From assembly GCA_963802905.1 (NCBI GenBank), contig CAWDKH010000008.1, forward strand, positions 360,064 to 424,063: DNA of 64,000 nucleotides. The letters run 5' to 3'. The stretch's first letter is position 1. The number at the start of each line of letters is the position of its first letter. The position numbers and the translations under genes are program-made. The notes under the pieces are model-generated. The model worked only from the letters and a program-made list of their open reading frames with translations, ran no database searches and was not told the origin of the DNA. Positions 59,733 to 64,000 of the stretch are shown here, piece after piece. Origin of the DNA: an uncultured Solirubrobacteraceae bacterium. Lineage in GTDB: Bacteria > Actinomycetota > Thermoleophilia > Solirubrobacterales > Solirubrobacteraceae.

Positions 59733-60918
59733 CGTTCACGTTCACCTCGTCCAGGTACCCGGCGGCGATCAAGCCGATGTTGCGCAGCGACTCGGATCCC
59801 TCGTTGAAGTAGCTCGAGTGCCCGGAGATGTCGCCGGTGTGGAAGCGCGTGGCGCCGAACGCGCGATCGTGCGGATTCGGGCCGTGCCACTCCGAGTAGC
59901 CGACCAGGTCCCACTGCGCGAGCCCGACCCAGACGTTGCCGTCGCCGAGGTCGCTCGCGTGCTGGACCCCGACCCCCGGCGAGCCGACGAGCACCGTCTC
60001 GTCCACCTCCAGCCCTTGGCCCGACTCCGCCATGCCGGTGACCAGCGAGCCGTAGGAGTGGCCGACCACGGTCCAGTGCAGGCGCTCCTGGCGCTGCGCG
60101 CGGATGCCGGCGACGAATTGCGGCAGCGCCTCGGCGCCGGGCTCGGCGTCCTCGGAGGAGAGCGCGCTCGCGCCCTCCGGCGTGTCGTAGCCGAGCCACT
60201 GGATCGTCGCGACCTGGTCGGGGTCGAACAGCGAGGCCTGGTGGTGCACGCGCTCGGCGTCGCCGCCGGTGAAGTTGTTGAGGTCGTTGTTCATGCCCGG
60301 CACCACGACCGCGACGTGGCGTGCGCTGGTGAGGTCGCCGAACACCTCGGCGGCGCGACCGTCGCCGGCCGGGTCGAAGAGCAGGAAGTGCCGGTCGGGG
60401 TCGTCGAGCTCGCGCAGCTTGCGCAAGCGCGCGTCGTCCTCGCTCACCCCGTCGGCGCGCAGGCGCGCGATCTCGTCCCGGATCGCCTCGGCGTTGGCGC
60501 GGTATCGCAGCCCGATCGGCGCGCCGTCGAGGTTGCCGACCAGCTCCGGCCGCTCGTGGGCGAGCGCCTCCGCGACGTTGGGGTCGAGCTCCTTGAAGAA
60601 CGCCGCGACCGCGGTCGGGTCGGCGTCGCGCGCGATCACACCCTCGAGGTCGTGGGCGGCGCGCTGGAGCGCCTGCCGGTCGACCGCGGGCAGCGGCGGC
60701 GCGCCGCACTGACCGCCGGCGATCTGGCAGACCGCGCGGACCGCCTCGCCGGCGATCCGCTGCGCAGGTCCGGCGACGACGAGCGCGCCGACGATCACCG
60801 CGACGACGAGCAGCATGCCCACGTACTCGGCGGTGACTTGACCGCGGTCGGCAAAGCCGCCGGTGCCGTTGGTCTTGCCGCGGGGTTTGCCGAAGGCTTT
60901 GTCGCCCCGTCGCAGCAT
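59719..60918 (-). CDS. DUF1023-type alpha/beta hydrolase with a Flp/TadE-like N-terminal segment
   Basis: C-terminal hydrolase with the nucleophile elbow VVGHSYGS and a DUF1023-like pattern (VVVPGMNNDLNNF...IQWLGYDTP). The N-terminus is MLRRGDKAFGKPRGKTNGTGGFADRGQVTAEYVGMLLVVAVIVGALVV. ATG at 60918. Confidence 0.7.
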   Translation of the reverse strand: MLRRGDKAFGKPRGKTNGTGGFADRGQVTAEYVGMLLVVAVIVGALVVAGPAQRIAGEAVRAVCQIAGGQCGAPPLPAVDRQALQRAAHDLEGVIARDADPTAVAAFFKELDPNVAEALAHERPELVGNLDGAPIGLRYRANAEAIRDEIARLRADGVSEDDARLRKLRELDDPDRHFLLFDPAGDGRAAEVFGDLTSARHVAVVVPGMNNDLNNFTGGDAERVHHQASLFDPDQVATIQWLGYDTPEGASALSSEDAEPGAEALPQFVAGIRAQRQERLHWTVVGHSYGSLVTGMAESGQGLEVDETVLVGSPGVGVQHASDLGDGNVWVGLAQWDLVGYSEWHGPNPHDRAFGATRFHTGDISGHSSYFNEGSESLRNIGLIAAGYLDEVNVNDGVF

Positions 60919-61060
60919 GACCCTGAGGGTGCCGCGACGCACGCTGTGGCGCCAGAGCCGCAAGACCCATCTTCCCGGTGGGCCGGGCCCGGTCAGCTTT
61001 CCGCCCACGCGGGCGTGCGCGGCTCAAGCCGCGCGCGCGGGGGACCGACCTCAATCGTGC

Positions 61061-62108
61061 ATGCATCAACGGGGCGACGACAGACGTGTCGTGTCCATCA
61101 GCGCCGCCGCGATCTACTCGGGGGCCGCGTTCGTGGGCATCATCGAGAGCCTCCTCCCTGGCGGGGAGGAGTTCTCCGTGCTGCCCGCCGCCTGCGCGCT
61201 CCTGCTGTCGGCGCTGACGATCTTCGCGGGCCCGCACGTTCCGCGGCTCGTGCTGGCGGCGCTCGGCCCGCTCGGCGCGGCGATGATCGGCGTCGCCATC
61301 GCGACGACCACCGGTTTCTCGGACTCCGCCGTGCTCTACATGTGGCCGGCGGTCTGGACCGCCTTCTTCTTCGGACGCTGGGGCACCGCGTTCATCGTCG
61401 GCTGGATCGGCGCGGTCCACGGGGCGGTCGCTGCTCTCGCTGCCGGCCGACCAGAGCAACATCGACCGCTGGGTGGACGTCGTCGTCGCGGTCCTCGTGG
61501 TCGCCGTCGTCGTCCAGTCGCTGGCTGCCCGCAACGAGCGGCTGGTCAGCCGGCTCGAGGACGAGGCGCGCGTCGACCCGCTCACCGGACTGCTGAATCG
61601 CCGCGGGCTGGAGGAGCGCATGGAGGCCGAGCGCGCCCGCGCGGCCCGTGACGGCGCGCCGCTCGGCGCCGTCGCCTTCGACCTCGATCACTTCAAGCGC
61701 GTCAACGACGAGCACGGCCATGAGATCGGCGACCGCGTGCTCGTGTGGCTCGGCGCGCTGCTCAAGGAGGAGGCCCGCGGCGTGGACGTCGCTGCCCGCG
61801 TGGGCGGCGAGGAGTTCGTCGTGCTGCTCCCGCGCGCCGACCACGAGGCGGGCCGCGTATTCGCCGAGCGAGTGCGGCAGGCCGTCGAGGCCGGTGGCCA
61901 GGCGAGCGGGCGCGGGCGCGCCGGGCTCTCCGAGGCGCTGCGGCTCACGGTCAGCGCCGGCGTAGCGTCGGCCGACGCGCCGATCGACGGCCAGGCGCTC
62001 CTCGCGGAGGCCGACCGGGCGCTCTACGCGGCCAAGCGGCATGGCCGCAACCGCACGAACTGCGGCCCCCGCGCCGGTGGCGCGAGGGCCGTGAGCGCGA
62101 CCGCTTAA
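61061..62108 (+). pseudogene. membrane-anchored GGDEF diguanylate cyclase, frame interrupted near 61430
   Basis: The N-terminal 5-6 TM part (MHQRGDD...FIVGWIGAVHGAV) is in one frame. LLSLPADQSNIDRWVDVVVAVLVV...DPLTGLLNRRG...RVGGEEFVVLL... is in the +1 frame. Could be a sequencing indel. Confidence 0.7.
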
Positions 62109-62386
62109 GCGGCGCGGATCGCGCGGAGGGTGAAGCGGGGGGAGCGCGCCGCGCTGCGCTCGGCCGGGTGGGCGGCGGTGCGCAGCAGGTCGACGAGGTT
62201 GGCGGTCGGCTGGAACGGGTCGGCGATGATGGCGCCGGTGTCGAGCGACATCGCGGCGGCGACGTCGCCGCCCTGGACGGCGATCAGGACGTCGCCGGTC
62301 AGCGGGCGGGCGGAGTCGAGGGCGGCGAGGCGGCGGAGGTCGGCGGCGTCGACGTCACGGGCGGGGCGGACGAGCACGGGGGTCAT
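62105..62386 (-). CDS. small conserved hypothetical protein (93 aa)
   Basis: MTPVLVRPARDVDAADLRRLAALDSARPLTGDVLIAVQGGDVAAAMSLDTGAIIADPFQPTANLVDLL... AGGAG lies 7 nt upstream. It resembles a recurrent small actinobacterial protein type. Its stop overlaps the GGDEF stop inside the palindrome CCGCTTAAGCGG. Confidence 0.5.
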   Translation of the reverse strand: MTPVLVRPARDVDAADLRRLAALDSARPLTGDVLIAVQGGDVAAAMSLDTGAIIADPFQPTANLVDLLRTAAHPAERSAARSPRFTLRAIRAA

Positions 62387-62476
62387 GGCGGGGCTCCTAT
62401 GGGGGCGGCGGGAGGCGATGAGGACACTGTGCCTGGGTGCCGCCATAAGTTCAAATGATCCTCCTTGATTCTCCTG

Positions 62477-62491
62477 ATAAGGTGGCGTTAT
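62477..62491. promoter_or_regulatory. LysR-type T-N11-A box
   Basis: ATAAGGTGGCGTTAT (ATAA-N7-TTAT) in the AT-richer 103-bp divergent region. It overlaps the LysR start codon. A second ATAAG lies at 62445-62449. Confidence 0.3.
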
Positions 62492-63425
62492 GCATGATCT
62501 CCGCCTCCTGACCGTGCTGCGTGAGGTCGCGCTGCGCGGGTCCTTCTCCGCCGCCGCCGAGGCGCTCGCCTACACCCAGCCCGCCGTCTCGCAGCAGATC
62601 GCCCGGCTCGAGAAGCAGGTCGGCGTGAAGCTGATCGAGCGCGAGCCGCGCGGTATCCGCCTCACCCCCGCCGGCGAGGTGCTCGTCCGCCACACCGAGC
62701 GCGTGATGGCCCAGCTGGCCGCCGCCGACGAGGAGCTGCAGGAGGTCGCCACGATGGCCCGCGGACGGCTGCGGATCGGCTCCTTCGCCACCGCGGCCGG
62801 CACGATCGTGCCGCGCGCGGTCGCCGCCTTCCGCCACCTGCGCCCCGCGATCGAGGTCGACATCTCGCTGCTCGAGCCGGAGGAGTCCGTGCCCGCCGTA
62901 CGGCGCGGCGACATCGAGATCGCGATCACCGAGGAGGGCGGCTTCTCCGGCGACGCCGACACGACCGGCCTCGAGGTCGAGCACCTGCTCGACGACCACA
63001 TGTGGGTCTCGCTGCCCGCCGATCACCCGCTCGCCACGCGCCACGCGATCGAGCTCTCCGAGCTGCGCGACGAGGACTGGATGTTCGCCTGCCTCACCGG
63101 CACCTGCGCGGACTCCAACGTCGTGCTGCGCGCCTGCCAGGACGCCGGCTTCCAGCCGCGGATCGCCTACCAGTCAGACGACTACTTCGCGATCCAGGGC
63201 CTCGTGGCCAGTGGGATGGGCGTCGCGTTGATCCCCGGCCTCGGACTGGCGAGCACGCGCGACGACGTCGCGGTGCGGCCGGTCAAGGGCCGCCCGCCGT
63301 ACCGGCGCGTCGCGGCGATCACCGCCGCGGGCGCGACGACCGGCGGCGCGATCCCGACGATGCTCGAATGCCTCCGCGACGCCGGCGCGGTCTACGCCGA
63401 GTCCGGGCTCGCCGCCGCCGCCTAG
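62490..63425 (+). CDS. LysR family transcriptional regulator
   Basis: MHDLRLLTVLREVALRGSFSAAAEALAYTQPAVSQQIARLEKQVG is a LysR HTH, followed by a substrate-binding domain. Confidence 0.9.
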   Translation: MHDLRLLTVLREVALRGSFSAAAEALAYTQPAVSQQIARLEKQVGVKLIEREPRGIRLTPAGEVLVRHTERVMAQLAAADEELQEVATMARGRLRIGSFATAAGTIVPRAVAAFRHLRPAIEVDISLLEPEESVPAVRRGDIEIAITEEGGFSGDADTTGLEVEHLLDDHMWVSLPADHPLATRHAIELSELRDEDWMFACLTGTCADSNVVLRACQDAGFQPRIAYQSDDYFAIQGLVASGMGVALIPGLGLASTRDDVAVRPVKGRPPYRRVAAITAAGATTGGAIPTMLECLRDAGAVYAESGLAAAA

Positions 63426-63483
63426 GGTCCCTCCCGCTACAGGGCGGTGGTCGGAGGGGGCCGCATCCGTGGATGCCAGGCGG

Positions 63484-63531
63484 CATCCGGCCGTGAAACC
63501 AATGCTGGTTGCCTTCGTGAGCGGCCGGATG
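63484..63531. terminator. compound hairpin between convergent genes
   Basis: CATCCGGCCG / CGGCCGGATG (10 bp) encloses AACCA-atgc-TGGTT. A second palindrome GCATCC-GT-GGATGC sits at 63462-63475. Confidence 0.35.
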
Positions 63532-63570
63532 ACGTCTGGCGCCGCGGGGCGGTCGCCTCCGGCCGCCGAC

Positions 63571-63963
63571 CTAGCGGGAGGGGCCCTGAGCTGGGATGTA
63601 GGTCCCGAAGGTCCAGTGGTTGCCGTCCGGGTCGCGGGCCTGGAAGTCGCGCGAGCCGTAGTCCTGGTCGAAGAGGTCTGACACCTCGGTGCCGGCCTCG
63701 CGGGCGCGAGCGTGGATGGCCTCGACGTCGGGCGTGCCGATGTAGATCGACGAGCGGGCGGCGCGCAGGTCGTCGGGCGGCGGGCCCTCGAGGTCGTCGC
63801 CGCCGCTGCCGAGCATCATCACCGCGTCGCCGAGCCACAGCTCGGCGTGCGCGATCGTGCCGTCGGGGTTGTCGTGGCGCTCGACTGCCACGAAGCCGAA
63901 CGATTCGAGCCAGGCGATCGCCGCAGGGGCGTCGCGGTAACGGAGTGCGGGATAGCTGGGCAT
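63571..63963 (-). CDS. VOC family (glyoxalase/bleomycin-resistance) protein
   Basis: MPSYPALRYRDAPAAIAWLESFGFVAV...ARDPDGNHWTFGTY. Confidence 0.8.
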   Translation of the reverse strand: MPSYPALRYRDAPAAIAWLESFGFVAVERHDNPDGTIAHAELWLGDAVMMLGSGGDDLEGPPPDDLRAARSSIYIGTPDVEAIHARAREAGTEVSDLFDQDYGSRDFQARDPDGNHWTFGTYIPAQGPSR

Positions 63964-64000
63964 GCGCCGCAGGCTAGACCGGCCTGGCGGCAGCGTCTTG

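Overview
This 64-kb window is very GC-rich (by eye about 70% or more, with strong G/C bias at codon position 3) and densely coding on both strands. It looks like an actinobacterium-type chromosome. Gene order recalls the mycobacterial secA1-hpf-comF, sahH, manB/LCP and prfB-ftsEX-smpB-ssrA neighbourhoods, but the species cannot be named from the sequence alone. I support about 70 genes. Most are core housekeeping: murB, ssrA (tmRNA), smpB, rnr, S41 protease, ftsEX, nadA/nadC, prfB, secA, hpf, comF, ahcY, and nucleotide-sugar, LCP cell-envelope and aldehyde dehydrogenase genes. These are interleaved with small redox/VOC/TetR/LysR modules. The only RNA gene seen is tmRNA. I saw no rRNA, tRNA, CRISPR array, IS element or integrase. 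Main points: (1) prfB needs the classical CUU UGA C +1 programmed frameshift, and the single ORF in the track has a false N-terminus. (2) There are two tandem S-adenosylhomocysteine hydrolase genes. The canonical one is frame-broken. The neighbour is an archaeal-type paralogue with substitutions in a catalytic motif. (3) Several further reading-frame breaks lie between about 36 and 62 kb (MarR twice, MerR C-terminus, MFS internal deletion, GGDEF, possibly a small membrane protein). These are either real gene decay or indel errors in the assembly. (4) A TetR-like regulator is divergent from a membrane-anchored NNMT/PNMT-family methyltransferase, with a twin 17-bp repeat operator between them. 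(5) A compositionally atypical two-gene block (secreted Cys-rich protein plus a DMP19-SMI1/KNR4 immunity-type fusion) abuts the tmRNA 3' end. (6) Other items: a roughly 117-nt nested inverted repeat in a divergent intergenic region, palindromic repeats flanking a large LuxR (LAL) regulator, a DUF1023 hydrolase with a Flp/TadE-like N-terminus, and several unannotated small ORFs with strong coding signature. I did not find a convincing complete novel multi-gene system; the candidates above are ranked honestly. Many very long ORFs in the track are antisense artefacts of high GC.
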